DNA from: Takakia lepidozioides
Lineage: Eukaryota > Plantae > Bryophyta
NCBI GenBank assembly: GCA_030704615.1
Contig: CM060732.1
Coordinates: 74,772,001 to 74,836,000 of the forward strand
Direction: 5' to 3'
DNA length: 64,000 nucleotides
Of this stretch, positions 25,868 through 37,430 are shown piece after piece. The number at the start of each line of letters is the position of its first letter. The stretch's first letter is position 1. The notes under the pieces were generated by a model that was given only the letters and a program-made list of their open reading frames with translations, did no database searches and was not told the DNA's origin. The translations under genes and the position numbers were made by a program.

Positions 25868-27357
25868 GGCTGCAGTCTGTTGTATCCGCCCTTGCAAAGA
25901 AGAGAGAACAGAGAAAGAGAGGGTATATTGGCGACTCCGGTACTCCCGATTTGTAGAGTCTGTATCTGGGTATCATGGACTAGCTGACAGATGTAAATAA
26001 AGAGAAAGAAACAGGTCCATTCGACTTGTAGGACGCCCGGAGGAACACAAGTAGAACAGAGTACCACAGAGCCAGTGTTTAAGAGCGAGCGAGAGAACGG
26101 TGAAGGCCTGTTATGTTACTTGCTTTTGAAAGTACAGTACCAGAAAACATCTGGTAGGGAGAAGGTAGGTGGATCCAGCAAGTGTTCTACACATGCTTGC
26201 TTCAGCTATTTGCTGCACAGTTATTGCGGTACTGCAAAATGGTGGGGAACTTATCAGCAACTGATATTTTGTAACATTTTCCACTGAAGCCCATAGACCA
26301 CACCGGTACATAATTTGTTCGGGACCGCTCTACTCACAATAGCATTCCTGAGGGACTAGACTACAATGTTGGAACTCAAAGTGAACAGTGTAACTCATTA
26401 TCTTCAGCTTTACTGCCGCTCTCTCTTTGGCCATACCAGCCATCATTCTCCTCTCCCTGGTTTGTGTGCAGCTCCTGCCAGCTGCCAAACTTTGGCTTGA
26501 TGTATAGTCTCTCATGAAGACAGATATCCAGACCGCATTTCCTCGTGAGGTATCTGTACTTTCTGAGATTTACCTGGTCGCAACCTGATATAGCATTCTG
26601 CTACAGCAGAAAACCTAGAATTCAGTAGCCCCAAGCACTAGTTGCTGCTCACTTCCATACTATTTCTATTTGACATTAGGGGCAAACATGGCTACAAGAG
26701 GATTAGAATAGTTAGTACAGAATTACAGAGGTGAACAAAGATAAACAATTCATCTTGAAGGAAGTATGGAACAGCAAAACCAGAACATGGCTTCTCCATT
26801 TGACAGCAATCGCACTGGAAAATGTGGTTTGGGTAAAGATCTAATCTTCACATGAAATGTGACACATTCACCCATATTGGAGAACAACATGCAATAGTGA
26901 AGATAAAAAGAATTGAATACAATCCCTACATTGCCAACACAGCTCATGCGACAATAGCACAACACTCACCATTGTCTTTGCCTGCTCACATGGCAGAGCC
27001 TGCAGCAAGGCCATTGGCTCTGAAAACCTGCAATAGGAGCCCTAGAGGGAATGGATCTACTCTACTACGAGTTGCATTAGAATTAATCCCTTTCATGAGT
27101 AGGCCATACAGAACCTGAACTTCCCCTTAAATGCACATCTCCACCGCAAGAGCCAGCACTAATCTCAATGATGGGAAAACCACCCTTGATTTAAATTTCT
27201 AGCAAAATTTATGTACCCGACAAGCTTTGGAAATCTCAAATTTACAGCAATCCTTGAAAAATTCCAACTTCTGGAACATGCCATAACCCTGTTGAACATA
27301 TGATACATTTAACGAACATGCTACCAAAACCGCATATAACTGTCCAACAGTCTTTTC

Positions 27358-28419
27358 TCATAACGAGTCTCCTTCGATCTCTTCCTCTTCTTCCTCCTGA
27401 AATGAGGTTGGTCCTTCACTGAGCCCAGAACATAAAATTTCTTTTGCCCCCTCCATCACTGCTGCCTTTGCGGCCCCAATGTTGGCCAAGGTCGGCTCTG
27501 ATTGACGGCTGACCCCTGCTAGGGTTTTCTTTCCAGGCATCTTTTGTCGAAGATGGATAAGGTCCAGGTACTTATCCAACTGCCTGTGATCTTTTACCTT
27601 TCTCAGTACCTCAGGGCTTGAAGATGCATACACTCCCCCCCTGGCAACAATCTCTCGTACACGACCACCCACTTCACCAAGAGGGGTCCTTTCAGTGATT
27701 GACTGGTCCCTTCTGAGAAATTTATCCTTCCCTTTTCCAGCAGTTGAATATTGGCCAAACTCAACACATGGGACAGTACAGGGCAGCACAGCTGTCCTGG
27801 AGTATGGGCGAGAAGAAACTTCTTTTCCCCCCGAAGGTCCGAAGGACGTTTCATCGTGAGAAATGGAACTGGGTTCTATGTTTTCGAGCTCAGCAAACGC
27901 ATCGTTTTCATACTCTTTATCCGCCGATTGCTGCTTCCGAAGAAGCTCCCGAATTGCTCGACTTGCTTGCAACAGCACATGCTTACCCCCGGCAGGCCTC
28001 CCCCTCCCAACTAAAATAGTCTCTGCCGATGCACCTCGGGAGTCCATGCCTTTAACTTCAGTGCAGAACCGTCGGGGCCGCGGTTGAGGAACAGGAGGGG
28101 TTGGATGCGCCGAATAAACTTCGTTAAAACACTCCTTCGCTGTCTTTCCAGGAACCTACACAAGACACCTCTATTGAACTAATTAGCTTATAGTGTAGAC
28201 AGAAACAGGGGTAAGGGCATCCAAGGATTATAACCACAGCATAGAGGTAAGGCATCACATTGGTACCTGTTGGGCTATTTCCCGCCAGAAGGTGGGGCCT
28301 GGCTGAGCAATCGCATACGCTCTCTTTAGTGCTGAGTGCTGCTCCCTCGTCCATCCGCCTTCTTCACTGCCACTGAGGTCTCCAGAGTTGATTTCCCGGC
28401 CTTTTCGTTTCCTCCTCAT
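27358..28419 (-). CDS. SANT/Myb-like domain protein, At1g26580-like (exons 28419-28267, 28155-27358; ~316 aa; may have further 5' exons)
   Basis: GWTREQHSALKRAYAIAQPGPTFWREIAQQ|VPGKTAKECFNEVYSAHPTPP is a Myb/SANT repeat; SPEVLRKVKD...LDKYLD.IH and an acidic tail follow. Confidence 0.8.
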
Positions 28420-29124
28420 TCTTCCTCTCGCTCCCCACTTCTCGGTAAACTTCTTGTCTGACTTCCTGCCTGCCTGCCTATCTCTTACTTCCCTCCGTGC
28501 AAAACCCTCCTCAAGAAGGGCACATCATCCGCCATAACCTCTACCTCTGTCTGTCATCTCTCTCAAATCAACCACCCTTGCACAATCCCTCTCTGTTCCA
28601 ACCCATTGATTCGCCAAGCATACACCATGAAACGATCTGGCCAAGCACCACGACACCCACATTCACCAAAAGAACGAGCCTGGAAAACGAGAAACACAAC
28701 GCATTTGAATGCCACGTCGCATTCATCCAGTAACGGACTTTTCATCTACAGAGGCCAAATTAGGGTTTCTCTTCTCTCAATGAGAAGAAGCCCTACTTCT
28801 GGAAGTAAGAACTGACTAGAAAATTTCCTTTGTATTGATTTGTGCCCATGTAAAGCAAAGTCCATCATGGCCCTCTTTGAGTCTGTGGGAGGCTACTTAC
28901 TGACCAGCAGCAGGTCCATAGGCCCCACACCCACTTTGGATGGAGCAGAAAAGGGGCAGAGACACACACAGAGGGAGAGGGAGAGCTACAGAATGTAATT
29001 ATTAGTCTTGTGCTTGGCCATGACACAAATGTTGTAGTCTTGTGGGCTATGGCCTTAAAAGTGACACATAGTACCTCGGTTTTTGACAACTCTCACAGCT
29101 GATGAGTTTGTGTGATTGATCAGA

Positions 29125-29414
29125 AACCTATTCATCATTTTACAGAAACAGTGACAGAGTGGAAGTATTGCACTGTCTATCTAATGAGAAAGAAACTTTA
29201 TACATCCACTGGAAGGTCCAACAGCTTGTGGGACAAAGAAAGAGAAGGAAACGATGGGGCACCCAATCAGTAACCTATTCATCATTTCACAGAGACAGTG
29301 ACAGAGTGGAAGTATTGCACCGTCTATCTAATGAGAAAGAAACTTTATAACATCCACTGGAAGGTCCAACAGCTTATGGGACAAAGAAAGAGAAGGAAAT
29401 GGTGGGGCACCCAA
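29125..29414. repeat. Near-perfect tandem duplication, 147-bp period, 2 copies
   Basis: aacctattcatcattt.acaga.acagtgacagagtggaagtattgcac...gaaggaaa.g.tggggcacccaa at 29125 and 29272. Confidence 0.92.
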
Positions 29415-30277
29415 CGACCAACCACCATAACCATGAAACTACATTTCAACCTCGGGTGATGCTCCAATATGGAGAGCCGCATGTAAATACGCTGGAAGAC
29501 ATTTCTGATCTTCTTAATGAAAATTTACATCAAGGAGTGGTTGTCCCTAACAGGGCAGGAGTAGCAACCATGAGTCATATGACGCTAATACTCCTGTGCA
29601 GAGGCAGATACTTGGAAGAGCATCTACTATAAGTAGTTTGTTGTAACAACTCACAGATATCGGCTACTGTGTTTCCTGCCATGCAAATTTTCAGGCCTCA
29701 TATGTTCGCGGTCATTAGGTCCTAACCAACAAAACAGAGTATACAGCCACTCAACTATCCCCACAGTTGGAACCACTGTCCCTTGTCCAAAAATACCTCT
29801 AGCAGACATGTTCAATGATCCTAACTTGGTGTCAAATTTGATCCATTTTAAAGTATGGTTGACAGACTATGGGGAGAAGCTAATTTGGAGTCTCTTTGTC
29901 TCCAGAGCTTGTACCTCCAAGCAAAATGAGCACTCGAAATTGGTGGCCACAGACATGGCATGTTTTAGATGGTGGCATCATATCTGAATGTCGTTAGAAC
30001 AAAAAGCCTTTTTGTTACTCTGTACATCCCTTCGCATATTGCTTTTGGTTGGAGGTAGAGAGGATTTGTTTTGAAACTCTGCTACACATTGGAGAGACCT
30101 GGATGGCCCGGGCTCCCTGCAATAGCTACTGGGAATGATTTTATTGGCACAGTGCATCCTTCGATGACCAAGAATTGACGTAGTTGGAGGTGGACTACGC
30201 CCGGGTTACATCCTTTAGTAGTAACTAGTAACCCATTGTATTAGCTGGATGTGTGTTCACCTTTCACAAAGACTGTA

Positions 30278-31459
30278 TTATATTGTCGCGTCACCAACAG
30301 AAGATGACAAGTGGCCCAGTGCCCCAGCAATACACTCACAGTCATACTCCATGACTTTAATCCAGTTCTCGAAGTCGCCTATTTCCTGTATATGCATCAC
30401 AGATACCGTGAGAAAGTTAGGTGGCTTTGGACGAGAAGCAACACCCATTACTAAATTTCTGCTTGTGCACACCATCTTTCTCCTTCTTGAGGGGTGTATG
30501 ATATTGAGAACGACCCCCTTAGGACCCAGCTTTGCCACTTAAGATTTGCATGAGAAAATGAAGAACCTGTCGACATTGAAGTGCTAGGATAAGGACATGG
30601 CCGAAAGAAGAGTGGCATTCCAGCTGGTTTGCTTGGGGGAAAGTAAAACCCAGCTGTGCAGTGTGTTAGCATATATTGTACAAGCACAATAATATCCTCG
30701 CAAGCTTCCTCGAAAATATGAACCTCCGTTTCAGCCACCAGCACCTTCTGCCTGAGAGAGCAATTCGCAGAACTAAACAGCCACTCTGCTTTGCGGTTCA
30801 TATGCAGATAAAATCTTCAGTGTATATCTAGTTCTGGAAAAGAATACCAGTGTTCATCAGAGCAAAGCAGAGTGAGAGTTCTATGCAAAGGCAATAGACC
30901 TGTTTGAGGAGGAGAAAAAGAAATGGACAACTAACCTTCAGAGCAGTATCAAACGTATGGATAACATTGAGCCACTGCGCAGTTTGCTTCACAAAGCGCT
31001 GCACTGTGACGCCCAATGCACGTGCCTCCACTTCTATTCTCTTCTCATTAATGAATGCTTCTTGCACACCCCCATTCACACTCTCCACCAGCAGATCTGA
31101 GACGACAGTAGCAGCCGCCAATGCCTCCTTTTTCGCTGTCTCTGCACCAAAATGGAAGTCCATGCAAAGAACTCTTTAGATTGACGTACGATTGTAAAAC
31201 CCCGCTACAACTCCAGACACTTTGTGTAGCGAAGCAGTTAACAAGGACGTAAAGTTGGTTGTATCTAAGAGACGACCAAAAATGAATGTGTGAGAGAGAG
31301 AGAGACAGAGAAAAAGAGAAGACGTTCTCGGAGAAGGAAAATTGGTGACAGTAATGCTGACTCATATCACAAAACGTACAATAAGTCACCAAGGGAGAGG
31401 TGCCCTGAAGATAGATTGTTTGTATAGTAGATTACCAAAAACGAATGTGTGTATGGGTT

Positions 31460-31495
<36 letters not shown>

Positions 31496-31631
31496 GTGTG
31501 TATGGGTCTTTTTTTTGTGTGTGTGAGAGAGAGAGAAAGAGAGAGAACAGACCGACACGTTCTCGGAGAAGGGCAGATTTGTGAGAGTGATCCTGAATCA
31601 TATGAGCAAACACCGCCTCCAGCTCCGCCAT
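30278..31631 (-). CDS. BLOS1: BLOC-1 subunit 1 / GCN5L1 (exons 31631-31553, 31141-30936, 30385-30278; ~130 aa)
   Basis: LLVESVNGGVQEAFINEKRIEVEARAL..TVQRFVKQT.QWL...FDTALK|EIGDFENWIKVMEYDC. Confidence 0.95.
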
Positions 31632-31965
31632 CGCCACCTCGCAATCTTGTCAAACCCAAAACCCAGCAAACTGAAACGTCAATTCCATGTCAAAGACATG
31701 AAATCACCCACAAGTACAACACGGGAACCCAAAGATGCCCAGCACAGATCCAGGGCGCGGATGTGTAAGTACCCAACTAAACCACGGTTGCAAAAGCTCT
31801 CGTGCTCAGATCGGAGGATTAGCATAAAACAACCATTATTAAAAAGCAACCATTGAGATTTTTTTAATTTATAATTTTCTTCCTCTATTCTGCTGGAGAA
31901 CGGAACTGGAGCTCAACAACGAGAGGAAGGAGACGGAAGGAAGAAGGGCAGGAAGATAAAGAGCC

Positions 31966-33200
31966 ATGTCGTGGAGGTGCAAGCTGTCGCGCGTAGTGCA
32001 AGAACTGCGCATCCATTTGTGCCAATCCTCCCCCTCCGGCAATTCCACTCGGTACTTTTTGGTCTCTCTTTTGGGCTCTCTTTTGGGCTCTCTTTTGGGC
32101 TCGTGTGCTTTGCTTGTTAACCCCATCTGCTGTTAGGGTTGTTCCTGGGGGCTACATTCGGTGGCGATGGAAAAGATGGTTCTGGTGTGTAGGGTAGTAT
32201 TTTGATTTCACGATTCATTGTCGCTTGCCCATCTGTGGCTGGACCATTACATCTGTGTCTGGATCGTTACATCTGTGTCTGGATCCTTATAATTCTTCGT
32301 TTCATCTCCCCGTGGGCTGGATGAGCAGTTCGACAATTAGCAGTATACGTGACATGAAATATTACATGTATGCCAGCATTCAGATGAAACCCTGTAAGAC
32401 TTTATTTACAACATGTACAATGGGTGAACGTACATTCGGGGTCTATCGTGTTGCCCGGGAAGAATGTTGTCAGTCCCAGCGGTTGGTTTCCCTTCAGTGT
32501 AGGGTTGGATATTGGCTATGGAAATTGTCGAATATTTCGAAACAGTCGTGCTCCATCTGATTAGGTTGAAAAGTTTGAGCATAATTGCTGTCTTTCTTGT
32601 CAGGGAATTCATTTCCAGAAACTACGGGGATTTGAAGGCGCTCAACCCATCACTCCCAATTCTGATCCGGGAGTGCAGTGGCGTCCAGCCCCGCCTGTGG
32701 GCTCGCTATGGTACATCCATATCCTCCTTTGTTAGGTGGCAGATAAAACCAGATCTGACAGTGGTCTCTATAGCTATTGTAGATTGAGAGTGCTCCATTT
32801 GTTGTGAACCCTTTAACTAGTTCCAAGAAGAATGTGATATTGCGCCAACTGCATAGTCAGCATTGCAAAGTCAATCTTCAAGGTGTCAATGATTGCAGAG
32901 GAGAGGCTAGATCTCGTTTTTATTGTGTCTCCACCTTGTGCTCCCCTTCTTCCCTCTTCACCTACCTTGCGCCTGTGGTACTTAAACTTTTCAGCAGCAG
33001 TTTCTCCTTATGCATCCATGGGAATGCCAGCTAATGAGTGAATATGTCATTTGAGAACGGTTTTCATTTTTGTCGAAGCAGATTATGGAGTGGAGAAAAG
33101 TATTGCACTGGATGGTCTGACAGAGCAGGAAATCACTACTAAACTGGAGGAGCTGGTGAAACTTGGTGCCCCTGAAAAGAGGTTTACTCCTGATTTCTGA
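31966..33200 (+). CDS. NDUFA2: NADH dehydrogenase 1 alpha subcomplex subunit 2, CI-B8 (exons 31966-32051, 32604-32710, 33082-33200)
   Basis: [25 protein letters not shown]|[32 protein letters not shown]|DYGVE..I.LDGLTE.EI..KLEELVK. Confidence 0.95.
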
Positions 33201-34913
33201 TTCCCCATACAAAATTGTAGGTGCACATTGACCAGGCCAGATCCACATCTCATGGGAAACAGGATTGGGAAAGAAAATTTCTTGGTAAGCAATGGCTGTC
33301 AGTGAATGTCAAACCCTTGCTGGATTTGATAGACAATTTTTAGGAAAGTACTGAAGGGACTAATGTTGCTGTGCCTGGATGACTGGTTTTGGAATGGCAG
33401 GTAGCCTGGTTCTTTGGCATTCTATTGTGTGCCCTGGAGGTGATCTACAATGTGACCGCCACTTGCACTTTCGAGTGTCGACATTGACGCATTGAATTGT
33501 CAAGCGAAACTATCTGTACTGTCAAGCTTTTAATAACAAGATTACTGACCTGTTCCTTACGGCAAACACACTTTCGTGCCCACTTTCTGTGTATATGCTT
33601 GTCCCAAATGCACACTAAGACATTGCATGTGCAAATCACTTGGCAAGAAGTGAAGTTCTCCAAGATTTCAAAGTCATACCACATGGCATTAACAAACAGG
33701 ATAGGAATGTCCTGCAGTGTGACCTGATCTTTGTCTGGCTGATTTATGGGTTCGAGTGAGTACTATAGAGATTGCATTGGCGTGCTCATTTTATGCTCTT
33801 TTTTCTGGATTAGATAATTTTGTCCACCAATTAAAGGCCGCATGCTGATTCATCATACTCATTTTTTAACCTGGCTTGTTGAGGTCCCATTGTACCTTTG
33901 TGATCCCTGTTGAGCTGCTGGCCATTTCTTTGGCTCTCAGAAGGTAGAGGAAAGGCATTGCAGCTCTACTCTATGTCTTGCAGTGTGTGAGTCAGTATGT
34001 GGTTTAACCAGATGGTGAGCATTAGCAGCAGCCAGGAGTGGCCGTTCATGACTTAAAAACTTCAGTCATTTTTCATTGTGATTACACCTAGGGGACCCCA
34101 CACAGAGCTTTATCTCTGGCCTTTACTTCTTTTTTGAAAGAAGTGTTCATACAAGAGGAAGCCCCACAGCGATTTCGTCTTGTGAGGGTGTTTTTTGCAG
34201 GCGGTCTTCACCCTAAATGCACCCCCCAAAAAGCATGGAGACAAGCTTTTGGTTCTGCTCTTCTGCGTAACTCGAGTTGATGGATGTATCTTCTGAGTCA
34301 TGGATGAGAAGGGACATTGCATCACACCTGCCATTTTCTTGGAGCTTTTCTCTCTGGCACTTTTTCTGGAGCTTTCATAAGATTCCTTGAATGACTTGTT
34401 GATTGACTTGGAGGAATATATCAGTCTTGGCCGGGAATGGCATCTGGACATGCATATCCGGCGGTTATTTGCCGGTTATGCACATATGCACAACCGGAAA
34501 GTGTAGCCCCCGCAGGAACCGGCTATGGAGGAGGTTGGGTGGAGTGTGAGCATGCTCACTCGGCCTTATGAATATTCTCCAACGAAACTAAAATTGAGAA
34601 ATTAAAAACTTTGCGGAACTTTTTTTAACTGCTCACATAGGCCCTCAGAGCATCACTTAAGAAACAAGTAACACCTATACACGATAAACATGTTACCCTA
34701 TAGGCGTGGGGTTTCCTCACGTTATGCGAGCTGGATACCCCAGAGAAACAAAAGTCGTGGTTTTCAGTCCGGGTATCGGCAGTTTAAGCCCTAGAAAAGT
34801 TATTTTTGCACTGAGAAATAAATCTGAAGGTACTCATATGCACCGTACTGTGCCTGTTAACATGTAATTCCTATGACCGCGGTTTGAAAACATTTAACCC
34901 CTATGACCGTGGG

Positions 34914-35000
34914 TTGTGCTCACGTCGTGCTCACGTGAGCATGCTCACGTCGTGCTCACGTGAGCATGCTCACGTCGTGCTCACAGGATGCTCACAGGAT
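34914..35000. repeat. Short tandem array of (GTGCTCACGTC / GTGAGCAT) units in a degraded TE-like region
   Basis: gtgctcacgtcgtgctcacgtgagcatgctcacgtcgtgctcacgtgagcatgctcacgtcgtgctcac; (gagcaagatccg)n follows at ~35086-35117. Confidence 0.8.
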
Positions 35001-36196
35001 ATCAACCCCCTAGAAGGGAACCGGCAAGAGCCATCGAGCTTCCCGGCTAGAGAACCGGCATCGTGATTCTAAGGATGTTATACCCAGAGCAAGATCCGGA
35101 GCAAGATCCGGAGCAAATGTGGATGTCGTAGAGGCGGTTCTAGATAATATAGGTCATGTAGGGGTTGGTGATGGTAGTTAAGAACATTACATATGGACAG
35201 ATCCTGAGGGGAATGTTATGTCTTACTAGTTACAATACATTTACAATGGTTAGGGAGAATGTCCAAGTAGATAGGAAATTAATTAGTTGGGCATTTGGCT
35301 AAAATAATAGTTGTAAGCTGTAAGCTTAGTGTATTACAAGGGCAGAGCCCCCAGAGATAGATGGGTTGAACATTTGAAAATCAGATCCACGGGCCAACAC
35401 AATACGAGTGGCTTACCACCAGGGCACAGCCCTCTCTTGTGTAGTTTTACATACATACATAAAAAGTCTAGAAAAGGTAAAAGAATAAAAATGGATGAAT
35501 CCCATAACCGGTACCATGGAACCGGCATTTTTTAAGCTGACATAACCAGTAGATTGAGAACCGGACAAAAGAAAATTCATGTGTTTAATGAGAACCTATA
35601 ACCGAGATGTTTTTTAAACTGTCCTATTGGTATACCCTGCCCCGGCCATCCATTTTTTTCAAAGAGTAGGCTATAACCGGCTGATTAAAGCTGGTTATTA
35701 TGTTTATTGATGAGGTTTTGAATAAAGGTTTAACAGCTAACGAAATTGCTCCTAGGGATACTCTGTCTACACGGCCCACAAAAAAAGTAATTAAAATGGA
35801 CGGCTACATGTCTGGAAGGAATAACAGAATGTGCACAATCATCGTGTGAGCTTTCTCCGCGATATTCTCTGCTCGTTCTTCAACAGTGTTCTAGAGACCT
35901 CAGTCAACAGATTTCACTGAAGAGCTGCGATAACAAAGCATCTTCGTACGAGATGAGGCAAGATGGCTTCCTCTGAAGCTGAGTCCTTCTCTGAGTCCTT
36001 CTCTGATACGATTTCGCTTTTTTGGGCCGAAAACTGGCTAAGTCCCAACATTGTCTGGAAACGATGTCTGGAAAAATGGCGCCGAATTTCCAGTTACATG
36101 GCCCAGAACTGCCCAACATTTGTGCAATGCCCGGCACCATGTACCGAAATTCGCGCCACATTTCCAAATTTTGGGCTTACACTTCAATGAAGTTGG

Positions 36197-36314
36197 GACC
36201 TATAACCGCGACATTCGGCACCATTTTTCGCCGGAGTCACCTATTACCGCGCAATACGTCGCCGATTTTTCTGCTTGCGGAACCTATTACCGCGAAATTC
36301 GGCGCCATTTTTGC
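36197..36314. repeat. ~42-bp tandem repeat (3 copies), probably subterminal repeats of a DNA transposon remnant
   Basis: acctatWaccgcg...tWcg.cRcc.atttt repeated at about 36198, 36239 and 36282. Confidence 0.6.
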
Positions 36315-36539
36315 AAATGTCACTCGGAATTCGCATGAGCGGAAGACGAAATATCATGAGCACGGCTCTCAAAACTACAATTTCTACTTCAAACAATGAA
36401 TATTATATTGGTTTTTCTGATACATCCCATTAAAATAATGTTTTTAATGTTTTTTATTTGCAGAATTTGTACTTCTGCTCATGAAAACCGATTGTGTTAC
36501 TACTCCGTTCATGCCGCTCATGCCGCTCATGCTCATGAA

Positions 36540-37430
36540 ATAGCTAACCTCCTTAATCCAATTTAGGCTTGGCTCCTTATCAACTTCTCCTTCCACTTGC
36601 CTCACATAAAGCAAAAACTCAGGCTCATGTGGCTCCTCCACGGCCCACTCATTTGCCGTTAATAGGTTTATTCGCCTGCCCACTCGGTTGGACATATCCA
36701 ACACCCCTAAAACTTCGCTACCATTCCCACATGGCAGCGTGACTACTCTTTTGCGGCCATCTATGACCGCTTCGGATTTGCTCAGGAACGACATCCCCAA
36801 AATGAGATCCACTCCATCAATCTCGCAAATGGTGAAGTTCTCACGTCCCTCCCACCTCCCCAGCTGAACATCGAACGCCACCCTCGTCGCCAGTTGTGGT
36901 TCTCCCTTGGCAGAACGCACTTCAATAGAGGCCCCCACGTCACTTATCGGGAGTCCCAGCTTCCGTGCCGTTGCCGATGTCATGAAGGAGTGCGACGCTC
37001 CTATGTCCACCAACAACAACACATTAGTTCCGGAAATTACCCCGCTCACGAACATCAACTGACTCCCTTTACGCAAAGCTCTCGTCTCCTGATACAACTC
37101 ACAAGTGTAGTTGCCTACCTTGCAAGTCTTTGCGACCACCACCTCCACCAAGTGGCTGATGGAGTCTTCGGATAGCTCCGTATCCTCCGGGTCATGTTCA
37201 ACTGTCGGGGTTTCGGGCACTTCTTGGCCATGTACCCGGGCTCCCCGCAATTAAAGCACACTCCATCAAAGGTCGCCTTCTGCCCGCCATAAGCCGTCGC
37301 ACCTGATCTCGGAGCACCGCAGCCTATCACAGCCTATCACAGTCTATCACAACTCGACACAGTCCGACACAGCCAGTCACAGCTCGACACACTCACAACC
37401 CGACACGGTTCGGCACGGCCTGTCACAACA
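36540..37430 (-). mobile_element. Ty3/gypsy fragment: LTR-like start TGTTGTG, a 10-bp repeat array, Gag zinc knuckle and aspartic protease
   Basis: CFNCGEPGYMAKKC; LLLVDIGASHSFM...DLILGMSFL; frameshifted and truncated. Confidence 0.85.

Noticed and set aside
34450-35720. AACCGG-rich region as a defined DNA transposon
   Set aside because: Looks like TE subterminal sequence, but no TIR pair, TSD or transposase could be identified
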